From NCBI RefSeq assembly GCF_963921235.1, contig NC_086108.1, forward strand, positions 111,726,001 through 111,790,000: 64,000 nt of DNA, in the 5' to 3' direction. The translations under genes and the position numbers were made by a program. The DNA is from Mobula hypostoma. Taxonomy: Eukaryota. This document shows, piece by piece, positions 1 through 12,457 of this stretch; position 1 is the stretch's first letter; each line of letters starts with the position of its first letter. Below the pieces are notes generated by a model, which saw only the letters and a program-made list of their open reading frames with translations, ran no database searches and had not been told where the DNA came from.

Positions 1-51
1 GACGGAAGTCCAAGACGCCATTAAAATCAGCAAGGAAAGCCAAATCTGCTG
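1..51 (+). CDS. DNAI3: Probable upstream coding exon of DNAI3 (5' part outside window)
   Basis: Frame from nt 3 reads RKSKTPLKSARKAKSA+G, then a consensus donor gtgagt at 52. Phase 1 matches the exon at 13618. A basic N-terminus fits WDR63 orthologs as recalled. A small intervening exon may have been missed. Confidence 0.55.
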
Positions 52-176
52 GTGAGTTGAAGATAAAAAGATTAAAGATGAGCTTTATTTGTCACATGTA
101 CATCGAAACATCAAAACATAGTGAAATGCATCATTTGTGTCAACAACCAGCACAGTACAAAAATGTTCCGGGAGCT

Positions 177-413
177 TGTTGCGAGTTATGGTAAACCATA
201 TATATGTTGTAACTAGGTTAACTGCCTGGCACGCCCCTCTGCTGACTGCCCCTGTGGCTCCTCCCACACTCCTGTATAAAGGTGTTTCGCCTTGCCCCTC
301 CCCCTCAGTCCGGGGGCAGACACTCACTGTGGAGGTCGTACTGTACAGCGAATAAAAGCCTTTCAGTATTTTACCCAACCTCAATCTTTTGGCGTTATTG
401 AAGGTGCTTCACA
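177..413 (+). mobile_element. Putative solo LTR inserted in an older repeat
   Basis: TG...CA ends, internal TATAAA (about 275) and AATAAA (351). No clear TSD. Confidence 0.4.
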
Positions 414-596
414 AGTGTCACCTTGCTTCTGGCACCAACACAGCGTGCCCACAACCAACAAACCCTAACTGGTACATCTTTGCAATGTGAGAGGAAACCA
501 GAGCATCTGGAGGGAAAGCACATAATTACAGGGAGGTTGTATGGATTCCTTACGGACAGTGGCAGGAATTGAATGCTGAGCGCTGGTCCTGTAAAG

Positions 597-1350
597 CAGC
601 GGTGCCCAACCACCGGGCCGCAAAGCGTGTGCTACCAGGCCGCGAGGAAACGATATGAGTCAGCTGCACCTTTCCTCATTCCCTGTCACGCACTGTTCAA
701 CTTGAACATAGGGTTACCAACTGTCTCGTATTTGCTGGGACATCCTGTATATTGGGCAAAATTGGTTTGTCCCATACGGGACCGCACTTGTCCCGTATTT
801 CCCCCGCTAAGGTAGAGCGTTCCTATGAAACCTTTCATGCCGAAATGGCGTGAAGCGAAGAAGCAATTACCATTAATTTATATGGGAAAAACTTTTGAGC
901 GTTTCCAGACCCAAAAAATAACCTACCAAATCATACCAAATAACACATAAAACCGAAAATAACACTAACATATAGTAAAAGCAGGAATGATATGATAAAT
1001 ACACAGCCTATATAAAGTAGAAATAGTGTATGTACAGTATAGTCGGGAAGATTAAGGCAAAACCGATTTGTGGGAAAAAAATCGGCACGTACACGCATGC
1101 GCACGCAGGTGCCCGTGGAAGGCTTCCTGGTCATGGTAGTCTTTCCTGGGGTAAGCACAAGTGTCCCGGGATTTGACTGCTACTTTTGTCCCTTATTTGG
1201 GAGTGAGAAAGTTGGCTATCCTAACTGTAAAACATGTTTAGGTGAGTTTAACCCTACTTGAACACCACCCACCCCACCCGGTCGGCCGGTCCGCAAGAAT
1301 ATTGTCAATATTAAACCGGTCTGCAGTGCAAAACAGGTTGGGGAGCCCTG
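597..1350. mobile_element. Non-autonomous hAT (Charlie-type) element with nested modules
   Basis: Imperfect TIRs cagcggtgcccaacc / ggttggggagccctg. Perfect 8-bp TSD ctgtaaag at 589-596 and 1351-1358, with central TA. Confidence 0.8.
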
Positions 1351-1859
1351 CTGTAAAGTATTATGCCAGCTGCTGTGCCACTGTGCCACCTGAGATGGAA
1401 ACCGTCCATTCTGCCCAACCTGTCCATGTCGACCCTGCCTACCTGAGCTGATAACATCTCCTCCTCACTGACAGTTTACAAAAATCATTAGCTTTATTTG
1501 TCCCATGTACAGCAAAACATTGAAGCACAGTCCGAAGATGTGCTGGGGCAGCCAGCGAGTCTCACTGCACTTCTGCGGCCAGCGTAGGATGGCCACAACT
1601 CACTAAGTCTAAACTGTACATCTTTGAAACCTGGGGAGAAACCAGAGCAGTCACGGGGAGAATGTGCAAACTCCTTACAGAACTGCTACACTAGGGTGCC
1701 ATTCTCACAAAGAGTCTCGACCCAAAACGTTGGCTGTCACTGGCTTTTCACTGTAGCTTGGTGCACATGACAATAATAAATTGCTCATTTCCCTCTGTAG
1801 ATGCTTCCTGACTCCTGAATTCCTCCAGATTTCCAGCATCTGTGGTCTCTCTTGTGTCA

Positions 1860-2390
1860 TAAGACCGCAAGATATAGGAACATCCATTTGGCCCATCGAG
1901 TCTGCTCCGCCATTTCATTACAGCTAATCCATTTTCCTTCTCAGCCCCAATCTCCTGTCTTCTCCCCTATCCCTTCATGCTCTGACCGATCAAGAATCTA
2001 TCAATCTCTGCCCTAAGTATACATAAAGACTTGGCCTCTACAGCTGCCTGTGACAAAAAATTCCACAGATTCACCACTCTCTGGCTAAAGCAATTCCTCC
2101 TCATCTCCGTTCTAAATAGATGTCGCTCTATTCTGAAGCTGTGTCCTCTGGCCTTAGACTCTCCCCCATAGGAAACATCCTCTCCACAGCCACTCTATTG
2201 AACCTTTCAACATTCAATAGATTCCAATGAGTTTCCCGCCTCATTCTTCTGAATTCCTGTGAGTACAGACCGAGACCCATCAAATGCTGCTCATACAATA
2301 AGCATTTCCTTCCCTGAATCATTCTCGCAAACCTCCCTTGAACCCTCTCCAATATCAGCACGTCCTTTCTTAGATAAGGGGCCCAACAGT
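1860..2390 (-). mobile_element. CR1 LINE 3' fragment
   Basis: ORF 2128..2427 (WAPYLRKDVLILERVQGRF...LGLYS) is a CR1 ORF2 C-terminus. Confidence 0.8.
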
Positions 2391-3065
2391 CGTTGATTGG
2401 AGTACTGCACTGATGCAACAGAAGCATTCCCGTGTGGGTCCAGTGAAGAGCTTTAAGAACCCAGTCTCTATAAAACAGAGGTACCGTCTAGTGGAGTGGT
2501 CACTGTGGGAGCGGTCGTCGTCGGAGTGGTCTGAGGCAGAGTAGTGAGGCTTCGGCTCAACAAGGCTTCAGTGAGATTGGGCGGAGGCAAGGTAGGGAGG
2601 CAGGTTAATTCCTTATTTCTTATTTAAATCTTGAGAGGATAATTGTATGTCTACAGAGCCAGTGTTCTGTTCTGGGTATCAGATATGGGATTTCCAGGAG
2701 ACTTCCAGCCTCCCCGGTGGCCACATCTGTACCAGGTGCATCGAGATACGGTTCCTTAGAGACCGTGTTAGGGAACTGGAGCTGTGGATCGATGACCTTC
2801 GGCTTGTTAGGGAAAGTGAGGCAGTGATAGACGGGAACTACAGGAAGGTAGTCACCCCAGGGCTACAGGAAACAGATAAATGGAAGACTGTCAAGAGGGG
2901 GAAGGGAGAATGTCAGATAGTGGAGAACACCCCTATGGCCGTCCCCTCTCAAAAATAAGTACATTTTAAGTACTGTTGGTGGGGGGAGACAACCTACATG
3001 GGAGAAGCAACAGTAGCTGTGCCTCTGGCAATGAGATTGGCCTTGTAGCTCAGAAGGGTAGGGAT

Positions 3066-4360
3066 TTGAATGGAATTGACCTTATTTCTTACATCCTTTA
3101 CGTACATGAGGAGCAAAAATCTTTATGTTACGTCTCCGTCTGAATGTGTAATTTATACTAATTTGTAATAAATAGTGTGTACAAAAGGACAGTCAATATA
3201 ACATAGAAATACAATTGTATCAGTGTGAATTGATCAGTCTGATGGCCTGGTGGAAGAAGCTGTCCCGGAGCCTGTTGGTCCTGGCTTTTATGCTGCGGTA
3301 CCATTTCCCAGATGGTAGCAGCTGGAATAGATTGTGGTTGGGGTGACTCAGTTCCTTTGAGCCTTTTTTACACACCTGTCTCTGACAATGTCCTGTATAG
3401 TGTGAAGTTCACAACCAGATGCACTGGGCTGTCCGCACCACTCTCTGCAGAGTCCTGTGATTGAGGGAAGTACAGTTCCCATACCAGAGCACATAAAGGG
3501 GCTCTCAATTGTGCCCCTGTAGAAAGTCCTTAGGATTTGGGGACTCATGCCAAACTTCTTCAACTGTCTTGAGGTGCAAGAGACGCTGTTGTGTTTTTTT
3601 CACCACACAGCTGTTGTGTACAGACCACGTGAGGTCCTCGGTGTTGAGTATGCCGAGGAATTTAAAGCTGTTTACCCTCTCAACCCCAGCTCCATTGATG
3701 TCAATAGGGATTAGCCTGTCTCCATTCCTCCTGTAATCCACAACCAGCTCCAATGTTTCTGCGATGTTGAGGGAGAGGTTGTTTTCTTGACACCACTGTA
3801 TCAGGGTGATGACTTCCTCTCTGTACGCTGCCTCATTATTATTTGAGATTAGGCCAATCAATATAATATCATCAGCAAATTTAATTAGCAGACTGGAGCT
3901 GTGGGTGGCGACCAGTCATGGGTATATAGAGAGTAAAGGAAGGGGTTTAGGACACAGCCCTGAGGGGCTCCTGTGTTGAGAGTCAGAGGGGTGGAGGTGA
4001 GGGAGCCCACTCTTACCACCTACTGGTGATCTGACAGGAAGTCCAGGATCCAGCTGCACAAGGGAGGGTCAAGGCCGAGGTCTCTGAGCTTCTTGTCAAG
4101 CCTGGAGGGAATTATGGTGTTGAATGCTGAACTGTAATCCAAGGACAGCATTCTCACATAAATATCCTTATTCTCCAGAGGTGTAAGGACAGTGGGTAGA
4201 GCTGTGGCTATTGTGTCATCTGTTGATTGTATCAGTAGGCGAATTGTAGGGGTCCAGTTTGGGTGGTAGCATGCTGAAGATGGAGTCCTTGACCAGCCTC
4301 TCAAAGCGTTTGCTCATTATTGATGTGAGTGTGCCAGGATGCCAGTCGTTCAGACATGTT
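3066..4360 (-). mobile_element. Rex1/Babar-like non-LTR retrotransposon 3' fragment nested in CR1 ORF1
   Basis: ORFs 4020..4304 ([10 protein letters not shown]), 3505..3861 (WCQENNLSLNI..FKFLG) and 3348..3563. Confidence 0.8.
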
Positions 4361-6877
4361 ACTGAAGAGCATGGCAGCAGTAATAGTGGTCTCTGTCCTC
4401 GGGGTCAGAAAGGTGATTCTGTGGATGCAAAAAGGAAACATGGATGGTAGTTTGCCTCCCAGGTGCCAGAATCTGCTACGTTTCTGAACATGTCCTCAAT
4501 ATCCTGAAAAAGGAGTGTGAGCATCAAGAAGTTGTGATACACATTGGCACCAATGACATATTTAGAAAAAGGGAGGAGGTCCTGAAAACAGAATACAGAG
4601 AGTTAGGAAGGAATCTCAGGATTGCTGACTGTGCCACGCGACAGTGAGGATAGGAATAGAATGAGGTGACAGATAAATGTGTGGCTGAAGAATTGGAGTA
4701 GGTGGCAGGGATTCAGATTTCTGGACAATTGGGACCTCTTCTAGGGCAGGTGGGACCTGTACAAAAGGGATGGGTTGCCCTTGAATCCGAGGGGGACCAA
4801 TATTGTTGCGGGCAGGTTTACCTGAGCTGTTGGGAGTGTTTTAAACTAATATGGCAGGAAGATGGGAACCAGAATGATGGAGCTGAGGATGAGCCAACAG
4901 GTTTACAAGTAGATGATGGGTGTAACATGAATATAAAGAAGGACGAACCAATGATTGGGTACAAATGCATTTAGAGCAAAGAGATTGTACCAAAGAGGCA
5001 AAATTCAAAGGGGTGAAAAATGCAGGTGCTGTATTTAAATGTGTACAGCATTTAGAATAAGGTGGGTGAACTCGTCGTGCAATTAGAGGTTGGTCAGTAT
5101 GACGTTGTGGGCATCACTGAGTCGTGGCTGAAAGAATGCTAGAGTTAGGAGCTTAATATTAAAGGGTATGCTTTAAGTTGAAAGGTCAGGCAGGAAGGCA
5201 TAGGTGGTGGTGTGGCTCTGTTGGTAAGAGATGGAATTCCATCTTTAGAAAGAGGTGACATAGGGTCAGAGACTGCTAACTCTTTGAAGGTGGAGTTAAG
5301 AAGGGTAAACAAACATTATGGGAATCATATATAGTTCTCCAAATAGTAGCCAAGGTATGGGGTTGAGATTACAAAGGGAGCTGGAAAAGGCATGTAATAA
5401 GGGTAATGTCACAATCGTAATGGGGGACTTCAGTCTGCAAGAGGATTGGGAAAATAAAGTTGGTCTCGGACTGCAAGAGGAAGAATTTGTTGAATGCCTA
5501 TGAGATGGCTTTTTAGAGCAGCTTGTGCTTGAGCCTACTCGGGGAAAGGCTATTTTAGATTGGGCGTTGTGTAATAACCCCAGTCTAATTAGTCAGCTTA
5601 ATGTAAAGGAACCCTTAGGAGACTGTGATCATAATATGACTGAATTCGTACTGCAGTTTGAGAGGCAGAAGCATAAGACACATATATCTGTATCACAATG
5701 GAATAAAGGGGATTACAGAGACATGAGAGAGGAGCTTGTCCAGGTGGATTGGAGGAGGATACTGGCAGGGATGATTGCAGAGCAGAGATGGCTGAGGTTT
5801 CTGGGAGTAGTTCACAAGGCGCTGGATAGATATGTCCCACAGAAGAAGTTCTCAAATGGCAATGAGTGGGAAGTTGAATGATTGAGAAGCTTTTAATATC
5901 CAACAAAAGGCAACTAAAAAAGCTATCAGAAGGGAAAAGATGAAATATAAGGGTAAACTAGCCAATAATGTAAAATGGGATACCAAAAGTTTTTCAGTTA
6001 TGTAAAGAGTAAAAGGGAGGTGAGAGTTGATGCTGGACCACTGGAAAATGATGCTGGTGAGGTAGTAATGGGAGACAAAGAAATGACAGACGAAGTTAAT
6101 GAGTACTTTGTGTCTGTCTTCACTGTGGAAGACACTAGCAGTGTGCTGCAGGTCTGTAGGTGTCAGGGAGCAGGGGTGAGTGCCATTGCTATCACAAAGG
6201 AAAAAAGTGTGAGGCAAACTCAAGGGTCTTAAGGTGGATAAGTCACCTGGACCAGATGGACTACATCCCGGAGTCCTGAGAGAGGTTGCTGAAGTGGTAA
6301 TTGATCATTATTTTTCAAGAATCACTTGATTCCGGCATGGTCGGAGGACTGGAAGATTGCAAATGTCACTCCACTCTTTAAGAAGGGAGGAAGGCAAAAG
6401 AAAGGAAATTATAGGCCAGTTAGCCTAACGTCAGTGGTTGCAAAAGTGTTGGAGTCTATTATTAAGGATGAGGTTTCGGGGTACTTGGAGACTAATGATA
6501 AAATAAGTGAAAGTCAGCACGGTTTCTGTAAAGAGAAATCTTGCCTGACAAATCTGTTAGAGTTCTTTGAGGAAGTAACAAGCAGGGTGGACAAAGGAGA
6601 GGCAGTGGATGTCATTTACTTGGATTTTCAAAAGGCGTTTGATAAGGTGCCACACATGAGGCTGCTTAACAAGATAAATTCCTATGACGTTACAGGAAAG
6701 ATACTGGCATGGATAGCAGAATGCCTGACAAGCAGGAGGTAGCGAGTGGGAATCAAAGGGGCCTTTTCTGGTTGGCTGCCAGTAACTAGTGGTGTTCCTC
6801 AGGGGTCAGTATTGGGACTGCTACTTTTCACATTGTTTGTCAATGATTTGGATAATGGAAATCTGTAGGAAGAGGTG

Positions 6878-6915
6878 CAGTCGACGTTTCAGGCCGAGAC
6901 CCTTCGTCAGGACTA
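6878..6915 (-). ncRNA. Minimal type I hammerhead ribozyme motif
   Basis: Reverse complement reads tagtc-CTGACGA-a-gggtctcggcct-GAAA-cGTC-gactg. Core intact; stems I and II pair. Confidence 0.75.
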
Positions 6916-9900
6916 ACTGAAGGAAGAGTGAGTAAGGGATTTGAAAGTTGGAGGGGGAGGGGGAGATCCAAAATGATAGGAGAAGACAGGAGGGGGAGGG
7001 ATGGAGCCGAGAGCTGGACAGGTGATTGGCAAAAGGGGATACGAGAGGATCATGGGACAGGAGGTCCGGGAAGAAAGACAAGGAGGGGGGGGACCCAGAG
7101 GATGGGCAAGAGGTATATTCAGAGGGACAGAGGGAGAAAAAGGAGAGTGAGAGAAAGAATGTGTGCATAAAAATAAGTAACAGATGGGGTACGAGGGGGA
7201 GGTGGGGCCTTAGCGGAAGTTAGAGAAGTCGATGTTCATTCCATCAGGTTGGAGGCTACCCAGACGGAATATAAGGTGTTGTTCCTCCAACCTGAGTGTG
7301 GCTTCATCTTTACAGTAGAGGAGGCCGTGGATAGACATGTCAGAATGGGAATGGGATGTGGAATTAAAATGTGTGGCCACTGGGAGATCCTGCTTTCTCT
7401 GGCGGACAGAGCGTAGGTGATCAGCAAAGCGGTCTCCCAGTCTGCTTCGGGTTCGCCAATATATAGAAGGCCACATCGGGAGCACCGGACGCAGTATATC
7501 ACCCCAGTCGACTCACAGGTGAAGTGTTGCCTCACCTGGAAGGACTGTTTGGGGCCCTGAATGGTGGTAAGGGAGGAAGTGTAAGGGCATGTGTAGCACT
7601 TGTTCCGCTTACATGGATAAGTGCCAGGAGGGAGATCAGTGGGGAGGGATGGGGGGGACGAATGGACAAGGGAGTTGCGTAGGGAGCGATCCCTGCGGAA
7701 TGCAGAGAGAGGGGGGGAGGGAAAGATGTGCTTAGTGGTGGGATCCCGTTGCAGGTGGCAGAAGTTACGGAGAATAATATGTTACCAACTTACTCCAGTT
7801 GGCTTTAGGATTCGTTTCCAAGCCTCTCAATTTGGACCTTCTGAGGATCCCAGGTACTCACATTTTATTGACTCTGCCTCTCGCCGCTTCTCCCGTCAAG
7901 CTCTGAAGGCGACTCTCTCCGCCATGAGGAGGTACTTGGTGTCCCTATCCCAGACCCTTCCACACCTTCGGGACACTTTCTTCGCCGTCTGTAATGGTTC
8001 TACCCGTTATTTCATCCTCCGTCGGATTCACGCCTGCAATCGCCGTTTTTTTGACTTTGTCATGTTAGGCAAAGATCGCAAGATCCTACATCTACGGTCT
8101 CCAGAACCTGCTGGCCCTGAAACTAGCAGGCATGAACTTCAGATTGCGGCCCCTGCCATTGATCTCGCCGGCTCCAACACCTCAGGGCATATTCAAAACC
8201 CGGACTCCAGCAACGACCATGGACACATTCAAAGTGATTGCGCAACCACCAACTGCGACTCCAGCCTTGAACTCCAGGCCGGGTCTTTATTGCTGCTATT
8301 GTGACTCCCGTCTCCCCTTCCCCCACCAATACTCTGCAACCTCATCTCCCTTAGATCCCACCGTCAACTCCTGGGCCCTCAGAGGCTCCATCTTCCTCTC
8401 ACCCCAACCCTCCCCTCTCCACTGACACCCCCAGCTTCCCCCCTCCCCCCTCTGATCCCAGCTCTCATCCGTGCTGGGTCTTTACCATCCCCTCCGACCT
8501 TCAGCTGTCGGAGGCAGATCGCTCTGTCCTCAGTAAGGGCCTCACCTTTGTCCCCCTTCGCCCACACCTCAGCGAGTTCTGCATTCGCCATGATGCAGAA
8601 CTTTTCTTCCGCCGTCGCCGTCTCCGTCTCCGAGCCTACGTCTTCGGCAAGGACTCTTCCACCCCCACCGATGACCCCTTCTCCCATCTTCAACCCTCCT
8701 CTTCTTCATGGACACCCCGCTCTGGTCTTCTGCCTGCTCTGGATCTCTTTATCGCTAATTGCTGACGGGACATCAACCGTCTCGACTTCACCGCACCTTG
8801 TCCCCATTCCAACCTCACTCCTTCGGAACGCTCTGCTCTCCACTCCCTCCGCACTAATCCTAACCTTATTATTAAACCCGCCGATAAGAGGGGTGCTGTT
8901 GTAGTCTGGCGTACTGACCTCTACCTTGCCGAGGCACAGCGACAACTCGCGGATACCTCCTCTTATTTACCCCTCGATCGTGACCCCACTAAGGAGCACC
9001 AGGCCATTGTCTCCCACACCATCACCGACTTTATCCGCTCAGGGGATCTCCCATCCACTGCTACCAACCTTATAGTTCCCACACCTCGCACTTCCCGTTT
9101 CTACCTCCTACCCAAGATCCACAAACCTGCCTGTCCTGGCCGACCTATTGTCTCAACTTGCTCCTGCCCCACCGAACTAATTTCTGCATACCTCGACACG
9201 GTTTTATCACCCCTTGTTCAATCCCTTCCGACCTATGTTCGTGATACTTCTCACGCTCTTAAACTTTTCGATGATTTTAAGTTCCCTGGCCCCCACCACT
9301 TTATTTTCACCATGGATGTCCAGTCCCTATATACTTCCATCCCCCATCAGGAAGGTCTCAAAGCTCTCCGCTTCTTTTTGGATTCCAGACCTAATCAGTT
9401 CCCCTCTACCACCACTCTGCTCCGTCTAGCGGAATTAGTCCTTACACTTAATAATTTCTCCTTTGGCTCCTGCCACTTCCTCCAAACTAAAGGTGTAGCT
9501 ATGGGCACCCGTATGGGTCCTAGCTATGCCTGCCTTTTTGTTGGGTTTGTGGAACAATCTATGTTCCGTGCCTATTCTGGTATCTGTCCCCCACTTTTCC
9601 TTCACTACATCGACAACTGCATTGGCGCTGCTTCCTGCACACATGCAGAACTCGTTGACTTTATTAACTTTGCCTCCAACTTTCACCCTGCCCTCAAGTT
9701 TACCTGGTCCATTTCCGACACCTCCCTCCCCTTTCTAGATCTTTCTGTCTCTGTCTCTGGAGACAGCTTATCCACTGATGTCTACCATAAGCCTACTGAC
9801 TCTCACAGCTATCTGGACTATTCCTCTTCTCACCCTGTCTCTTGCAAAAACGCCATCCCCTTCTCGCAATTCCTCCGTCTCTGCCGCATCTGCTCTCAGG

Positions 9901-10961
9901 ATGAGACTTTTCATTCTAGGACGAGGGAGATGTCTTCCTTTTTTAAAGAAAGGGGCTTCCCTTCCTCCACTATCAACTCTGCTCTTAAACGCATCTCCCC
10001 CATTTCACGTACATCTGCTCTCACTCCATCCTCCCATCACCCCACTTGGAATAGGGTTCCCCTGGTCCTCACCTACCACCCCACCAGCCTCCGGGTCCAA
10101 CATATTATTCTCCGTAACTTCCGCCACCTCCAATGGGATCCCACCACTAAGCACATCTTTCCCTCCCCCCCCCCGCATTCCGCAGGGATCGCTCCCTACG
10201 CAACTCCCTTGTCCATACGTGCCCCCCATCCCTCCCCACTGATCTCCCTCCTGGCACTTATCCGTGTAAGCGGAACAAGTGCTACACATGCCCTTACACT
10301 TCCTCCCTTACCACCATTCAGGGCCCCAAACAGTCCTTCCAGGTGAGGCAACACTTCACCCGTGAGTCGACTGGGGTGATATACTGCGTCTGGTGCTCCC
10401 GATGTGGCCTTTTATATATTGGCGAGACCCGATGCAGACTGGGAGACCGCTTTGCTGAACACCTACGCTCTGTCCACCAGAGAAAGCAGGATCTCCCAGT
10501 GGCCACACATTTTAATTCCACGTCCCTTTCCCATTCTGACATGTCTATCTACAGTCTCCTCTACTGTAAAGATGAAGCCACACTCAGGTTGGAGGAACAA
10601 CACCTTATATTCCGTCTGGGTAGCCTCCAACCTGATGGCATGAACATCGACTTCTCTAACTTCCGCTAAGGCCCCACCTCCTCCTCGTACCCCATCTGTT
10701 ACTTATTTTTATGCACACATTCTTTCTCTCACTCTCCTTTTTCTCCCTCTATCCCTCTGAATATACCTCTTGCCCATCCTCTGGGTCCCCCCCCCTTGTC
10801 TTTCTTCCCGGACCTCCTGTCCCATGATCCTCTCGTATCCCCTTTTGCCTATCACCTGTCCAGCTCTTGGCTCCATCCCTCCCCCTCCTGTCTTCTCCTA
10901 TCATTTTGGATCTCCCCCTCCCCCTCCAACTTTCAAATCCCTTACTCACTCTTCCTTCAGT

Positions 10962-10999
10962 TAGTCCTGACGAATGGTCTCGGCCTGAAACGTCGACTG
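10962..10999 (+). ncRNA. Minimal type I hammerhead ribozyme motif (stem II mismatch)
   Basis: tagtc-CTGACGA-atggtctcggcct-GAAA-cGTC-gactg in the PLE 3' end. Confidence 0.65.
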
Positions 11000-12155
11000 T
11001 ACCTCTTCCCACAGCTGCTGCCTGGCCTGCTGCGTTCACCAGCAACTTTGATGTGTGTCGCTTGAATTTCCAGCATCTGCAGAATTCCTGTTGTTTGTGT
11101 ATAATGGAAATGATGGTTTTGTGGCAAAGTTTGCGATGATACGAAGATAGGTGGAGGGGTAGGTAGTGCTGAGGAAGCAATGTGATTGCAGCAGGACTTA
11201 GACAAATTGGAAGAATGGGCAAAAAGGTGGCAGATGGAATTCAATGTTGGGAAATGTACGATAATGCATTTTGGTAAAAGAAACAATAGTGCGGACTATT
11301 ATCTAAATGAGGAGAAGGTTCAAACATCAGAGGTACAAAGGAACTTGGGAGTCCTTATGCAAGACTCCCAGAAAGTTAATTTACAGGTTGAGCCTGTGTT
11401 AAAGAAGGCAAATGCAATGTTGGCATTTATTTCAAGGGGAATAGAATATAAAGGCAATGAGATAATGTTGAGCCTTTAGAAGACACTAGTCAGGCCGCAC
11501 TTGGAGTATTGGCAATAGTTTTGGACCCCATATCTCAGAGAGTCCAGATGAGGTTCACAAAGATGATGCTGGGAATGAAGGGGTTAATGTCTGAGGAGCA
11601 TTTGGCATCTTTGGGCCTGTACTCACTGGAATTTAGAAGAATGCGTGGGGATCTCATTGAAACCTGTAAGGTGGATGTAGACAGGATGTTTCCTATGGTG
11701 GGGATATTCAGAGCTGGAGGGCACGGCCTCAAAATTAAGGGGTGACCTTATAGAACAGAGGTAAGGCATCAAAAGATAGGGCAAGAAGGTTATGGGGTTT
11801 AGTGGGATCCGGGATTTGCCATGATGGGATGGCAGAGCAGACTTGATGAGCTGAATGGCCTAATTCTGCTCTTATGGTCTTAAAACTGCTCACAATACTC
11901 CAAGTGAGGCTTCGCCAACGCTTTATGAAGTATCAATATTACATCCTTTCTTTGATATTCTAATTCCCTGGAAGGACCAGAAAGACAACAAACAGTATAC
12001 TGTTGTATCTGACATTCCCAACCTGGGGACAAACCTCAATCATCAACACTCGTGCAGTTTGGTGGCACTTTACTCAAGGAAATTTGGGCTCCAGTAATTC
12101 AGAATCAGTTTTATAATCACTGTCTTATATGATGTGAAATTTGTTATTTTGTGGT

Positions 12156-12457
12156 GGGCACGTGGCCAAGTGGTTAAGGCATTCGACTAGCGATCTGAAG
12201 GTTGTGGGTTCGAGTCCCAGCTGAGGCAGCGTGCTGTGTCCTTGAGCAAGACACTTAACCACACATTGCTCTGCGATGACACTGGTGCCAAGCTGTATCG
12301 GCCCTTGCCCTTCCCTTGGACAACATCGATGTCATGGAGAGGGGAGACTTGCAGCATGGGCAACCGCTGGTCTTCCATACAACCTTGCCCAGGCCTGCGC
12401 CCTGGAGAGTGAAGACTTTCCAGGCGCAGATCCATGGTCTCGCAAGACTAACAGATG
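12156..12457 (+). mobile_element. tRNA-derived SINE
   Basis: A box TGGCCAAGTGG (12163-12173) and B box GGTTCGAGTCC (12207-12217), followed by a non-tRNA body. Confidence 0.75.

Larger units (their letters stand above)
6863..11100 (+). mobile_element. Penelope-like retroelement (Neptune-type) with inverted upstream copy of its 3' end
   Basis: RT motifs KPADK, PKIHK, MDVQSLYTSIP and GVAMGTRMGPSYA, with the catalytic motif decayed to YIDN. Cys linker and GIY-YIG endonuclease (VIYCVWCSRCGLLYIGET, 10343..10669). 6863-7783 is the reverse complement of about 10099-11013. 11-bp TSD ataatggaaat at 6852-6862 and 11101-11111. Confidence 0.9.
2440..11880 (+). mobile_element. Near full-length degenerate CR1 LINE, split by two insertions (3066-4360 and 6863-11100)
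   Basis: ORF1 Cys-rich segment (2647-2958), esterase motifs CLPGA/HIGTND (4444-4647), endonuclease MGDF, RT motifs NYRPVSLTS, YLDFQKAFDKVPH and GVPQGSVLG. The element resumes at 11101 with KFA-D and the C-terminus. Many stops and frameshifts. Confidence 0.88.

Noticed and set aside
7621..8304. 227-aa ORF as a novel gene
   Set aside because: It is a chimera across the PLE inversion junction at about 7783: antisense arm plus PLE N-terminal region.
12156..12230. tRNA gene
   Set aside because: A and B boxes are present, but there is no convincing acceptor stem or terminator and it continues into a SINE body.
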